A DNA stretch of 64,000 bases from Kiritimatiellia bacterium (GCA_050949565.1 JBMNFY010000008.1:64001-128000), one strand, 5' to 3'. Positions 8,065 through 18,813 are shown, counted from the stretch's first letter. A program made the numbers and translations. Notes: generated by a model from the letters alone, not told the origin.

Positions 8065-11000
8065 ATGGCGATTGGTTTTAAAGAGATTTCTGTTCAGAAA
8101 CGGAAAGCGGATTGCCTTTGGGCAGTAGGGCTGAGCTTGCTTGCTCTGTTGGTTTATGCACTGACGATATCCACCGGGGTTTATCCCGGAGAGTCGGCAC
8201 GGTTGGTGGCGACCTACAGCGGACTCACACCGATTGAACTGCCCCTCCACCCGATTTGGGGGGCGATCGTCTCGTGGCTCAGTTCGGTCCCTCTGTTCAC
8301 GCTCCCGCTTCGACTGAACCTGTTCAGCATGCTGTGCACGGTCATTTCGGTGGGGATCCTCTATCGTCTCATGGCGTTTCTGGTCCATGAACTCATCTAC
8401 GAAGAGTACTCCGTCGAGTATTCGGCACGCGTGTCGCAGTGGGCGGGCGCGGTTGCCGCGATTGCCTTCATGTTCGCCGCCCCGGTCTGGCAGTCGGCAA
8501 CGCGCCTTCAGTATCAGAGCTTCGATATGCTGCTGGTCTTGACGTCCGCCTCGCTGCTGATCTCCTTCGCGCGCACCAAATGGCGCGTATTCCTTGTCGC
8601 CTTCGCGTTGTTACAGGGCATCGGGATTGTCGAATCAGTGATATTCATCCCCTTGGCACCGGTGTTTCTGGTGTTTCTGATCGCCGTGTTGTGGAAACAG
8701 GGACAACTCACGCTGAACCGTGTTGCGTGGATGGGGTTGATCGCAGCGGCGGGACTGGGACTTTATTATCTGGTTGCACGCAGGTTTCTGGCTTCGCCGG
8801 GTGCTGAAGCGCTAGGCTTCACAACGCCCACTGACGTGATGGTCGAAGTCTGGAAAGCCCAGCTCATCGAATTGCGCTCCGGCCTGCCGCGCGTTAATTG
8901 GCTGATTCTGCTCCTGACCAGTGTTGTGCCGTGGCTCGCGGCCGCTTTTGCCTCCTTCCGGGCATTGAATAATGAGCGCTCATGGAGCCAATACATCCTG
9001 CACTTGACCCTGACCATACTGGTGGTGCTTGGTCTCGGTAATGCGGCGATCTCTCCCTGGGAAATCCTCAAGCCGTTGGGACGCCTGCCGGTGTGGGCCT
9101 ACACCCTGTTGGCGATGACGGCGGGTTATTCGGTGGCCTACTGGTACCTTCTTCTCAAGGTCGAGCGTCCCAGACGCGGACAGGCCACCTCGGTCGTGAC
9201 CAAACGGACCGGCGACTGGCTCGGACTGATCGTCACCTACCCCTTGGTCGGGATTGTAATCATCGCCTCGCTCATTAACGTCATGGAGTGCCGCGGTTCA
9301 CGCGGGGCCTTTGCCGACCGCTGCGCCCGCGAGGTTCTCGACCGCCTCGGTTCACGCACATGGTTCGTGACCGACGGAACGCTGGACCCTCATCTGCTGG
9401 TCGCAGCCCACGAACGCGGGCAGGAGTTGAATCTACTTTGCTTGCAGAACGACATGAGCCCCTTCTACCTCAAATGGATGGCCCGGCAAATCGAAAGTAA
9501 AAACCTGTTTGCCGACGAGGATCTCCAGCGCATGAAAAACACGCTGGCACTGGGTATCCTGCCCTTTATCCAAGACTGGTTCGCCATGGACAAAGAAATC
9601 GAAAAAAAGGTGGCAGTCTTCGGAGTCCCCGATTTCTGGTACACGGCCGGTTTGACCCCGGTCCCTGAGTACTTTTTCTTTACCGGTGTCCGTGACATTC
9701 AGGTGTATAAAGACGTGCCGCTGTTCAAAGACTACATGGCTTTCTGGAAGGAGATGGACCCCATACTCGCTGCCAGCAAAAAGGACAGCACAGACCCGAC
9801 GGTACGCCACCGCCTGCACCTGCGCCGCCACATGGGGTTCGTCGCCAACAATCTGGGAGTGCTGCTGGAAGACCTTGGCAAAGAGGAAGACGCCTTTGCT
9901 GTCTACACGCACGTGCACAATGTGATCGACCCCGAAAACATCTCGGCGCTGTTCAACCGCTTCGAGATGGCACGCCGCGGCGCAGCCGCAGCCAGTGCCA
10001 GCAAAGAGCTGATCGAGCGCGAGCTTAAAGACTTCATCGCCGGTCTGAAGCACCAGTACCCGCTTTGGTCGCTCTCGCGTTATTACGGCTACGTCCGCTC
10101 ACCAGAGCTGTTCGCGCGCCTCGGATGGGGCTGGGCGCTCTCCGGCCAAACCGGCGCGGCGCTGGCCGGCGTGACGCGTGCGGTCGAGTTGCTGCCGACC
10201 GAACAGCGCAGTTCGGCCATGCAAACGATGGCCGCCATCTATTCGCTTTCCGACGATAAATCCAAGACGACCGCGATCTACCAAGACATGATCAAGAATG
10301 ATCCCAACAATCGCGCGGCCATGCTGGGGCTGGCCCGTATCGCCGTTCAGGAAGGCGCTCTGGATAAAGCGAAGAGTTGGCTGGAACAGGCCGCCAAGTC
10401 CGATGACACACGCGGCACGCTGGGTGTCGAATGGGCCGTGATCCACTTGATGAACAACGATCTCAACAACGCACGTCTTGCCCTGCAGGAAGCGACCGAC
10501 CTCCAGCCTAAAAACTTACAGGCCTGGGCGATGCTGGCCATGGTCCAACTGCAGCAGGACCAGGTTGACGAAATCGAATCCGTCGTCCTGCCTAAGATGG
10601 AAAAAATCGCCGGCACCTCCGACAACTACTTCATCCAGATCACGCGGGCACAGACCGCGCTCAAAAAAATCGAGAAACTCCAGCAGACCGCCCTCGCTGC
10701 ATCTCAACCCGCTGGGTCCGTGGGTGAGAAAGAAGATAGCGAATTCAAAAAGTACCAGCGGGCCGCCCGCGACGCATTCCTGCGGGCCTCCATGTTGCGT
10801 CCCGACATCGTTGGCGTCAAAGACATGATCCTGCAACTTGACATGGCCATGAACGACCAAAAGAGCGCCGAGTTGCATGCACGACAGGTGTTGCGGACGA
10901 ACCGCGGACATTCGCTCGCCAACTACGTGATGGGCTCGCTGCGCCTGCAAGAGGGCGCGTACGGCGAAGCGGAGGACTTCCTGCGCCGCAGCGTCGAAAG

Positions 11001-11385
11001 CCAACCGAGCGCGGCCGCGCTCAACGACTTGGCCGAGGTGTTGCGCCGTATCCGAAAGTTCGACGAGGCAGAAAAACATGTGCGTGCAGCCCTTGCCTCC
11101 AACCCGGACCTGTACGTGGCATGGGAAACGTTGGCTGTAATCCTGCTGGAATCCGGTAAAAACCTCGATGAGGCGGAGCGGGCAGTCCGCAAATCGCTTG
11201 AATTGTACCAAAAGGACCTGCGAGTCCAGATCACGCTCGCCCGGATCCTCCTGCAGAAGGGCGAAACCGAGCGTGCCCGCGAAATACTCCATAAGGTGAA
11301 GAGCCGCCAAGGCGAGTTGTCCCCGTTCGATCAGGCCGAACTCAACAAGCTTTCGGAAGCCGCCTCATCCGGCCGCAAGCGCTAA
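8065..11385 (+). CDS. DUF2723-like (GT-C fold) multi-TM protein with C-terminal TPR repeats
   Basis: About 11 hydrophobic segments; degenerate GESARL...P.HP.W motif; long TPR-like helical tail; ATG 8065 after AGGTGG. Confidence 0.75.
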   Translation: MAIGFKEISVQKRKADCLWAVGLSLLALLVYALTISTGVYPGESARLVATYSGLTPIELPLHPIWGAIVSWLSSVPLFTLPLRLNLFSMLCTVISVGILYRLMAFLVHELIYEEYSVEYSARVSQWAGAVAAIAFMFAAPVWQSATRLQYQSFDMLLVLTSASLLISFARTKWRVFLVAFALLQGIGIVESVIFIPLAPVFLVFLIAVLWKQGQLTLNRVAWMGLIAAAGLGLYYLVARRFLASPGAEALGFTTPTDVMVEVWKAQLIELRSGLPRVNWLILLLTSVVPWLAAAFASFRALNNERSWSQYILHLTLTILVVLGLGNAAISPWEILKPLGRLPVWAYTLLAMTAGYSVAYWYLLLKVERPRRGQATSVVTKRTGDWLGLIVTYPLVGIVIIASLINVMECRGSRGAFADRCAREVLDRLGSRTWFVTDGTLDPHLLVAAHERGQELNLLCLQNDMSPFYLKWMARQIESKNLFADEDLQRMKNTLALGILPFIQDWFAMDKEIEKKVAVFGVPDFWYTAGLTPVPEYFFFTGVRDIQVYKDVPLFKDYMAFWKEMDPILAASKKDSTDPTVRHRLHLRRHMGFVANNLGVLLEDLGKEEDAFAVYTHVHNVIDPENISALFNRFEMARRGAAAASASKELIERELKDFIAGLKHQYPLWSLSRYYGYVRSPELFARLGWGWALSGQTGAALAGVTRAVELLPTEQRSSAMQTMAAIYSLSDDKSKTTAIYQDMIKNDPNNRAAMLGLARIAVQEGALDKAKSWLEQAAKSDDTRGTLGVEWAVIHLMNNDLNNARLALQEATDLQPKNLQAWAMLAMVQLQQDQVDEIESVVLPKMEKIAGTSDNYFIQITRAQTALKKIEKLQQTALAASQPAGSVGEKEDSEFKKYQRAARDAFLRASMLRPDIVGVKDMILQLDMAMNDQKSAELHARQVLRTNRGHSLANYVMGSLRLQEGAYGEAEDFLRRSVESQPSAAALNDLAEVLRRIRKFDEAEKHVRAALASNPDLYVAWETLAVILLESGKNLDEAERAVRKSLELYQKDLRVQITLARILLQKGETERAREILHKVKSRQGELSPFDQAELNKLSEAASSGRKR

Positions 11386-11475
11386 CACACCGCACGGAGC
11401 TTGACTTATGACCGTCTGAGTCCCATAATCTTACTTGATTTGATAATGGGCCAGTTAAATGATTAGGAGTCATCT

Positions 11476-13014
11476 ATGAAACCGATCGTAACAGGTTGTA
11501 CCCCACTGATGCTTGCTCTCATCCTCGCCGTGACCACGGCGCTGAGTGTGTGCGGCGCACACATTTTTGACGGTGACGGTTCCGACGAAGCCGGGTTTGT
11601 CCCGCCGCCGCCCCGTCAGGAAATCCCGCCGCCACCCGCGAACATGGCGGGCGGCGAGACCTTCATCCCCTATCCGCCGCCGCCGGCCACCCCGGCGTCC
11701 CGTTCGGAAAAGAAAAATCCGCCCAGACCTCCGACGATGTTCACCAAGCTGACTTCGCAGTACGGAGAACAGGACTGGAACGCGCGCCCGAACGATCTGA
11801 ACAATCTGCTGAAGGCACTCAAAGACATGGCTGAAGTCGACTATGATTTCGAAGCCAAGTCGTTTGCGGAGATCGATGCGGACCCCGACCGGAACCCGAT
11901 CCTCTACCGCTCGGGCCACTATCACTGGAGCCTTGACGACGCGGAGAAGAAAAAGCTGCGCGAGTATCTGTTGCGCGGTGGAACGATCATTCTGAACGCC
12001 GGCATGGGTTCAAAGCCCTTCTATGACTCGGCGATCAAGAATCTCAATGAGGTTTTCCCGGAAGCGCCGGTAAGGCGTCTCAGCCCCGACCATCCGATCT
12101 TCCACGCCTACTACAGCCTCGATAAGGTCAACTATCGGCCAGGCGTTCGCGCGTTGTACAACGGCAACGAGCCTTGGCTTGATGGCGTCACGATCGACTG
12201 CCGCACCGTGGCGATCGTCTCGCGCTTCGGCATGGAGGTCGGTTGGGATCCGCTGGACGACGACAATATCATCGCCTATGGACCGGAATCCGCCCAACAG
12301 CTCGGCATGAACATCCTGAGCTATGCCAGTGCCATGCGCAACTGGACGTTGGAGAACATGAAGAAGACCCGCTTCGAGGACGCGAAGCAAGTCTCGACCG
12401 CAGGTTCAATGAACATCGCGCAGGTTATCTACGATGGCGAGTGGAAAACACGGCATGTGGGCCTCTCCGTATTGCTCTCGCAGTACAATGTCAAAACCGG
12501 CGTCCCGGTGAAGTTCTCGACCAAGGAGATCCGTCTGACAGATCCCAAGCTGTTCGATTCCCCCGTGCTTTACATGACGGGCCACGAATCGTTCACTTTG
12601 AAACCCGACGAGATCACCGCGCTGCGCAACTATCTGACGCACGGCGGTCTGTTGATCGCCGAGGCCTGTTGCGGACGCAAGGCGTTTGACGTCTCCTTCC
12701 GTGAGAATATGGCGCGCGTACTGCCCGGCACCTCATTCAATGCCCTGCGCGCCGGCCACCCGCTTTTCCGTCTGCCGAACGACATCTCGAGCATGAAAGT
12801 GACGCCGGCCCTCGCCAAGTCCTACAACAACGCTCCGGCGATCGCGCCGCAGGTGCTGTCTTTGGAAGTCGATGGTAACCCCGCCGTGATCTATAGTCCG
12901 ATCGGCATGGCGGGTGCGTGGGAACTCTCGCCCAACAAATATTGCAACAGCTACCTCGAAGATGACGCGCTCAAGCTGGGCGTGAACATCCTGATGTATT
13001 CGAGCACGCGTTAA
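11476..13014 (+). CDS. Tandem DUF4159 domain protein
   Basis: Two copies of P.LY..GH....L...E...LR.YL..GG and HP.F motifs; signal peptide and Pro-rich linker. Confidence 0.85.
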   Translation: MKPIVTGCTPLMLALILAVTTALSVCGAHIFDGDGSDEAGFVPPPPRQEIPPPPANMAGGETFIPYPPPPATPASRSEKKNPPRPPTMFTKLTSQYGEQDWNARPNDLNNLLKALKDMAEVDYDFEAKSFAEIDADPDRNPILYRSGHYHWSLDDAEKKKLREYLLRGGTIILNAGMGSKPFYDSAIKNLNEVFPEAPVRRLSPDHPIFHAYYSLDKVNYRPGVRALYNGNEPWLDGVTIDCRTVAIVSRFGMEVGWDPLDDDNIIAYGPESAQQLGMNILSYASAMRNWTLENMKKTRFEDAKQVSTAGSMNIAQVIYDGEWKTRHVGLSVLLSQYNVKTGVPVKFSTKEIRLTDPKLFDSPVLYMTGHESFTLKPDEITALRNYLTHGGLLIAEACCGRKAFDVSFRENMARVLPGTSFNALRAGHPLFRLPNDISSMKVTPALAKSYNNAPAIAPQVLSLEVDGNPAVIYSPIGMAGAWELSPNKYCNSYLEDDALKLGVNILMYSSTR

Positions 13015-13994
13015 TGCCGTCCATGCCTGCGCCCCACATGTTTTCTAAATACCGAGGGTCTTGCAAAACCCCTTGCCTACAGGTGTGGCACGGGCATCTT
13101 GCCCGTGTTTCATGGGCGGGACGCCCATGCCACGAGGGGGTTTGCAAGCGCCTCCACCGTCGTCGGGCCGCGCCTTTTTTCGGGGCCGCTGTCGTCATGA
13201 TGCTCTGCGTGTGTGCCCGCGCACAAGTGGCCACGCCGCAGGAAGAGGCCTTTCTCAAGGCGTGGGGCGCACATGTCCGTACGCCGAACGACCACAAGGC
13301 CGTGATCGAGGTCTGCCAGAGCGTAATGGACAAAAGTTCCACGCTGGGCGAGTTCCTCCCTGTCGTCAAAACGCTGGCGGCTTGGCACCTGCTGGCCGGC
13401 GGCAAACAGGCGGACGCCATCCGCATCTTCGAGAGCGCGGTGATCAATGATAAAGCAGCCCGCCCGATCCCGCGTTTTGCGGACACCATGGCCCGCCGCT
13501 GGCTGACGCGTCTTGATCATGCCCAGCTCGAAAAGGCGCTCAGTGTCTATTATGCCGACAACGTCGAGTTCCCGTCCAATCTCGCTCCGCTTATGAATCT
13601 GCCGCCCGGCAAGGCCCCCCCCAAGAATGATCGCTTCGGTGACCCTTGGGTCTACAAGACCGAGGCCTTCAGCCGTCTCTCTGGAACGGCCAACCAACGC
13701 TATTCGCTCTACAGCAAAAACATGGGCAACAAGCTCTCCTCGCTCAAGGCGTTGCCGGCCGAGGTTTACGGCAGCAATAAAAGCGCCACGATCATCGGCC
13801 GCAGGTCGTCCACTCCGCTCAGCATCGAATTTGAAACGGTGACCGAATCCGGCACGCAACGCGGCGTGGCCACGGAGGGTGGTCTGGTCAGCGGCATCCG
13901 TTTTTTGAAACTGGGATCTGACGGACGTTTCGCGTTGATGATCGATAGCGATTGTGATTTCTGGGTGATCGCCACGCCCGCAAGGAGCCGTTGA
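13014..13994 (+). CDS. Exported hypothetical protein with a MITE in its 5' region; start uncertain
   Basis: Coupled between DUF4159 and DUF58 genes; signal-like AAPFFGAAVVMMLCVCARA. Confidence 0.65.
   Translation: MPSMPAPHMFSKYRGSCKTPCLQVWHGHLARVSWAGRPCHEGVCKRLHRRRAAPFFGAAVVMMLCVCARAQVATPQEEAFLKAWGAHVRTPNDHKAVIEVCQSVMDKSSTLGEFLPVVKTLAAWHLLAGGKQADAIRIFESAVINDKAARPIPRFADTMARRWLTRLDHAQLEKALSVYYADNVEFPSNLAPLMNLPPGKAPPKNDRFGDPWVYKTEAFSRLSGTANQRYSLYSKNMGNKLSSLKALPAEVYGSNKSATIIGRRSSTPLSIEFETVTESGTQRGVATEGGLVSGIRFLKLGSDGRFALMIDSDCDFWVIATPARSR
13054..13154. mobile_element. MITE B (101 bp) enclosing a REP doublet
   Basis: Terminal inverted repeats GAGGGTCTTGCAAAACCCC / GGGGGTTTGCAAGCGCCTC; flanks TACC/CACC; inverted copy at 56652-56752. 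Confidence 0.85.
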
Positions 13995-14899
13995 TGAGCA
14001 AAGAAGGAATCTCCGCCTACCTGACGCCCGCCCAGATGTCAAAGCTCAACCGTCTCGCGCTCAATTCGCGCTATGTCGTGGAAGGCACCTTGGCTGGGCG
14101 TCATCGCAGTGCACAAAGAGGCGCCAGCACCGAATTCGCCGACCATCGCGCTTACATGCCCGGCGACGACCTCAAACGTATCGACTGGAAGGTCCTGGGC
14201 CGTACCGACAAATACTACATCCGGCGCTATCAGGACGAGACCAACCTGCGCGTCTACCTGCTGATCGACCGCAGCGGATCGATGAACTACACTTCCGGCG
14301 AGCACCCCACTAAATACAGTTACGCCTGCACCCTTGCCGCCGCCTTGGGCTACGTCGTCCTCAAAGCACGCGACGCCGTCGGGATGTATATCTACGGCGA
14401 GAAAATGGACGCGGCACTGCCCTGCAAAAACTCCTTCAATGAACTGAACAACTCATTGAAGGTCCTGCAAAGCTACAAACCCGCCAAAGGCACGGCAGGC
14501 GCAGATGTCATGCACCAGATCGCGGAGTCCATCAACCGCCGCGCCATGATCATCATCATCTCCGACCTGCTCGACGACCAGCCTGAAATCATCAAGGCAA
14601 TTGCGCACTTCCGCAAGAACCTGCACGACGTGATCGTCTGCCACATCCTCGATCCGGTCGAGCTGAGCCTCGACATCAAACGCGGCGCCGAGTTCGAAGA
14701 TTTGGAAACCGGGGAACGCATGGTCGCCGATCCCCGCTCGATGGCCAAGGAGTACAAAGACCTGATGGGCCAGTTTATCGACGACTACCGCAAGGCCTGT
14801 TCCGAAATGAAGGTCGACTACCGCCTCGTCAAAACCGACGAGCCCGTCGACAGCTTTGTCCGCGCCTATTTAGAAGAGCGCAAGCGCCTCTCCCGTTGA
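13994..14899 (+). CDS. DUF58 (VWA-like) protein
   Basis: G.HRS..RG.S.EFADHR.Y.PGDD.KRIDWK and DRSGSM motifs. Confidence 0.93.
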   Translation: MSKEGISAYLTPAQMSKLNRLALNSRYVVEGTLAGRHRSAQRGASTEFADHRAYMPGDDLKRIDWKVLGRTDKYYIRRYQDETNLRVYLLIDRSGSMNYTSGEHPTKYSYACTLAAALGYVVLKARDAVGMYIYGEKMDAALPCKNSFNELNNSLKVLQSYKPAKGTAGADVMHQIAESINRRAMIIIISDLLDDQPEIIKAIAHFRKNLHDVIVCHILDPVELSLDIKRGAEFEDLETGERMVADPRSMAKEYKDLMGQFIDDYRKACSEMKVDYRLVKTDEPVDSFVRAYLEERKRLSR

Positions 14900-14920
14900 T
14901 GGCACCACTTGAGTGTTGAA

Positions 14921-15203
14921 CCTAAAAAGAGCAGTTGAACCGTCAACTCTCTTTGGTTTCTGGTTTCAAGGCTTCATGGTTTCATCCAAATCGGGATCGG
15001 GATCGCTATCGGGATCGATTGTTTAACCACGGAACACACCGAACACACGGAAAGGCATGGCTCTGTTTCCGTGTGTTTAGTGTGTTCCGTGGTTCCAATC
15101 AGAAATTGCGTTCTGCACCAAACAGGTGCGGCGAGGATCGCGATGAAAGCCAATGTTTACGCGGCTTTGCTCAAAATCCGTACGCCCAACTGCCGTTTTT
15201 AGG
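14921..15203. mobile_element. MITE A (283 bp) with a 5-bp target-site duplication, IS1380-like ends
   Basis: TIR CCTAAAAAGAGCAGTTG / CAACTGCCGTTTTTAGG; TTGAA at 14916-14920 and 15204-15208; further copies at 29415, 62005 and 22425. Confidence 0.88.
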
Positions 15204-15272
15204 TTGAACGTTGAGCGTTCGATGGTTCGATCCCGATAGCGCATAACGCAACACCACGCATGCACTAATGAC

Positions 15273-15734
15273 CTAGCGTCCTACTCCTCTCTGCGTCCGC
15301 GTTTTTTCTGCCGTCAATTCGTGATCTCCTCTACTCGCTGGTTTTTTTCTAGGCAGCCATATGGCTGTTCCCCCTTCTATGTTGAACCATCGTTTGGGAG
15401 CGACTTCACGATATTCGGCCCGAATCGACCCGTTTTCGTGTGAAGCCGTTTCCCTGTTCATGCACTCTTCCCCATTCTCGTGACAATCATGTCTGACGGG
15501 TTCGTATGTTTTGACAAACGCCACCGAGAGCGATGATGGACGACAGAGAACAACCATAATACAACCTAGTATGGCAAGCGTTAGTGTGCCGAACCCCTTA
15601 TCCACACTGATTTCTTTCTTGAAAACTGTGACGATTATCGAATATCGAGCCCGATCATTGTAGCATCCCATAAATGCGACGGCCGCCGACAAAAAACACA
15701 CAATCGCCAATATTCCCAGAACATTTCGTATCAT
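15273..15734 (-). CDS. Hypothetical membrane protein, lower GC
   Basis: Two hydrophobic segments; ATG 15734 after GGAGG. Confidence 0.55.
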   Translation of the reverse strand: MIRNVLGILAIVCFLSAAVAFMGCYNDRARYSIIVTVFKKEISVDKGFGTLTLAILGCIMVVLCRPSSLSVAFVKTYEPVRHDCHENGEECMNRETASHENGSIRAEYREVAPKRWFNIEGGTAIWLPRKKPASRGDHELTAEKTRTQRGVGR

Positions 15735-15752
15735 AAGTCCTCCAGTTGTCAA

Positions 15753-17342
15753 TCAGGGATCATAGAATCCGCAGTACTTCGGTTTCCAGAGTTCATCAAG
15801 CTTCGTCAGTGTGTACGTGAACCAGCCGTCACCAATAGAATCGGCGCCTGTAACAAAGAGATCAACGCGAAAACCATCGGGTCCGCGTGACAACACACGA
15901 TGGACTCGTACGAGCAGTTCTCCGGTCACCAAATCGTGGTGTTTTTCGCAAATCTCGAACGGCACGCCAACGTCGGGCGGAATGAAACCGTCGGGCAATG
16001 AAGACCGAGGAAGGACGATCCGACGTAAAACGGGCGACTTCCCCTGACCGAGGTCACCCAGATACATTCTGGCGTCGGACAGTGCGTGGGTATCTGAAAA
16101 CAAGTGCGCAAGTACAACCTTCAGCGCATCTCCGGCACCGGGGGCATCGTAGTTCAGGAGAGACGGTTGGAACATCGGGACACTTGGCTCGATGATGACC
16201 TCGTCCCGGTAGGTCCACCAATTCCATTTCGAATTGTCTGAGACGACCGACAGCACTTCGGCCACCGTAATGGCCGGTACCGAAAGACGGAATTTCAGTT
16301 CCGGGTTGGTGTGGTTTGACACAGCGCAGACATGGTAGTTCGGCCCGAGTTCCTTCCACTCCGACGGCTTGAATGAATCCCGCAGGTACACGCTGAATTT
16401 GAGCGGCGGGCCACCGGGGTATTGTCGGGCGTATTCAGTCTGGAGAGTTTCCGCAAGGTTGGTGACAGAATTAACCGTGATGTTCAGATTCGTCAACACG
16501 GCTTCGACCGGGGGATAATTCCTTTGGCGTTCGACGTTCTGCGTTCCGCGTTCGGCACTCACCAGTTCCAGCCGGTCGACACCCTGCGTGAAGTTGTCTT
16601 TCTTGGTCTTGGGGTTCGCACCGGTCAAAGTCACGGTCAACACATTCTCACCTTGCACCAACTCCACAATGCCCGCCTGAACCACATGGGTCTCGACCTT
16701 CTCCGCAAAAGCATCGTACGCCGTAATCAGGCGCTTGCCGTTCAGCACGATATCCGCGATACCGTAATCATTCGCGTGCGTCAGGCCCAACGTCGCGCTC
16801 TCATACGTCACCACGCACCGCACAGCATACGGGATCGGCAGGTACAAGTTGTGGCCGCGTTTGAGATAATCCGTATGTTCCGAAACCGATGCCGCCAGCG
16901 GATAGCCGCACAGCACGCTGCCACTGAGCACTTCCAGCACGGGGCCTTCGATTTCCGGTGTGGATCGTCCATCGAGATAAACACGCAATATGCCCGAGCC
17001 ATCAGTGCCGGCTACCGTGACCCAGAAGCGCACCAGCGCCCCAGGCCCCGCAGTGTCCACCATCACATGCTCGCGCCGCACGCCGTTGGTCTCCACACGC
17101 AAAAAATGACTGAAGTCGTTATTCGCATACCAGCCGGGCTGATCCGGCGCGACCAACCCCCGATCGTAGCTGCTGAACTGCCGACTCGTGTAGGTCGGCT
17201 CCGGAAACCGCGCCATCTCTTCGCGGTCTGTCATCTCCGCCAGCAGCGAGCGCACCGTGACCGGACGTTCTGAAGAAAACCACCCCGCCAGCGACGTTCC
17301 AGCCGCCAGCACCAACACCATGCCGATCATTTTCCGTCGCAT
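15753..17342 (-). pseudogene. Chimeric ORF: internally deleted DUF2961-like (GH172-like) glycosidase fused through a heptamer array to an unrelated domain
   Basis: FSSYDR...N.D, GPGALVRFW and NLYLPIPY motifs jump directly to a C-terminal LT.A.DYG domain; heptamers at 16528-16555 mark the fusion. Confidence 0.55.
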
Positions 17343-17546
17343 CGCCTTCCCCTTCCGCTTCTTTTCGGATGCATTGGCATCTGTAAAACGACCCAGAAAC
17401 ACTCAGGTTCCAATGATGACACCCATTATGCGAGGTGGGGCAAAAAGAGTCAATCTCATGCGCATCAGATACACATTTCGACCGCTGTTTTACTAGACCC
17501 CGAGCCCCCGTCTCCTCTATACTGTCTCCACAAAGGGGGTTTCTGT

Positions 17547-18794
17547 ATGTTGCGTTCTTCAATCAACCGGCGTGGATTCCTGTTGCGCGCCGCTGCGTTC
17601 ACCACCGTCGCCGGCACCACCGTTGGGCGTGCGAACTCGACAGCACCGTCGGCCACCGTCACGTTGGGCGTCATCGGCTGCGGCGGCCGCGCCACGCAAA
17701 TGATACCGGTTTTCCTGAACCAGCCCGGCACCCGCATGCTTGCGGTCTGCGATGCGGTGCGCGAACGGCGCGAACGCGCCAAGGCCACGGTCGACGCTTT
17801 TAACGGCAACACAGACTGCACGGCCTACCGCGACTTCCGTGATCTTCTCGCACGCAAGGACATCGACGCCCTCTATATCGCGACCGGCGACCGCTGGCAC
17901 GCGCGCCTCGCGATCTACGCCATGCAGGCCGGCAAAGACGTCTACTGCGAAAAACCGATCTCGCTCTCCATCCACGAAGGCGAGGCCGTCGTGAAGGCTG
18001 CCGCGCGCTACCACCGCGTGTATCAGGGCGGGGTACAGCGTCGCACCGTCGGCAACTTCATGACCGCCATGTCGCTGGTCAAGAACGGACGCCTCGGCCG
18101 CATCCACACGGTGCACGCCGGCATGGCGGGCATGGGGCGCTCGGCGGCCAACCACTTTCTGCCCGAAGAGAAAATGCCGCCGGTCGACGAGATCGACTGG
18201 GATATGTGGCTCGGCCCCACCCCCTGGCGCCCTTACAACAACGCCTATCTCAAGCGCTGGCACGGCGAATACGACTACCACGGTGACCTCACCGAATGGG
18301 GCAGCCATACCCTCGACCTCTGCCAGATGGCGCTCAACCGCGAACACATCACGCCGGTTCGCTACAAGCCGATCGACGACACCACCGTACATGCCTGGTA
18401 TGCCGACGGCATTCAGGTGGTGATGCGCCAGAAAGGCTTCCGCAATTCATGCGCCGTGCGCTTCGAGGGCGACGAGGGCTGGGTCGAAACCGACGACTCC
18501 GGCGACATCCAAGTTTCCTCCCCCACCTTGTTGGACACCCGCGCCATCCAATCCGAAAGCTGGATGCGTCCGGTGGCCCATCCGGCCGAGTTCATCGCCT
18601 GCGTCAGGTCGCGCCAAACGCCGACCGCACCGGCCGACGCACTGCACATCACGCACGTCGCCTGCCATGCCGCCACGATCGCTTATCACTTGAAGCGTGA
18701 ACTCACCTTTGATCCCGCCGCGCTTGCGTTTGTCAACGATGCCGAGGCCAACCGCCTCATCCACCGTTCAAACCGCGCTCCCTGGTCCATCTAA
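17547..18794 (+). CDS. Tat-exported Gfo/Idh/MocA oxidoreductase
   Basis: NRRGFL Tat motif, GVIGCGGR, CEKP, DWDMWLGP. Confidence 0.93.
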   Translation: MLRSSINRRGFLLRAAAFTTVAGTTVGRANSTAPSATVTLGVIGCGGRATQMIPVFLNQPGTRMLAVCDAVRERRERAKATVDAFNGNTDCTAYRDFRDLLARKDIDALYIATGDRWHARLAIYAMQAGKDVYCEKPISLSIHEGEAVVKAAARYHRVYQGGVQRRTVGNFMTAMSLVKNGRLGRIHTVHAGMAGMGRSAANHFLPEEKMPPVDEIDWDMWLGPTPWRPYNNAYLKRWHGEYDYHGDLTEWGSHTLDLCQMALNREHITPVRYKPIDDTTVHAWYADGIQVVMRQKGFRNSCAVRFEGDEGWVETDDSGDIQVSSPTLLDTRAIQSESWMRPVAHPAEFIACVRSRQTPTAPADALHITHVACHAATIAYHLKRELTFDPAALAFVNDAEANRLIHRSNRAPWSI

Positions 18795-18813
18795 TCCTGC
18801 ACGAGGTTACACC

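Noticed and set aside
11476-14899. DUF4159-DUF58 operon as a novel system
   Set aside because: Known part of MoxR/VWA-associated clusters; the missing MoxR may lie elsewhere in the genome.
14935-15207. Small similar ORFs (here, 29411-29749, 29416-29676, 62058-62339) that look like a gene family
   Set aside because: They are translations of MITE A; no RBS or coding signal.
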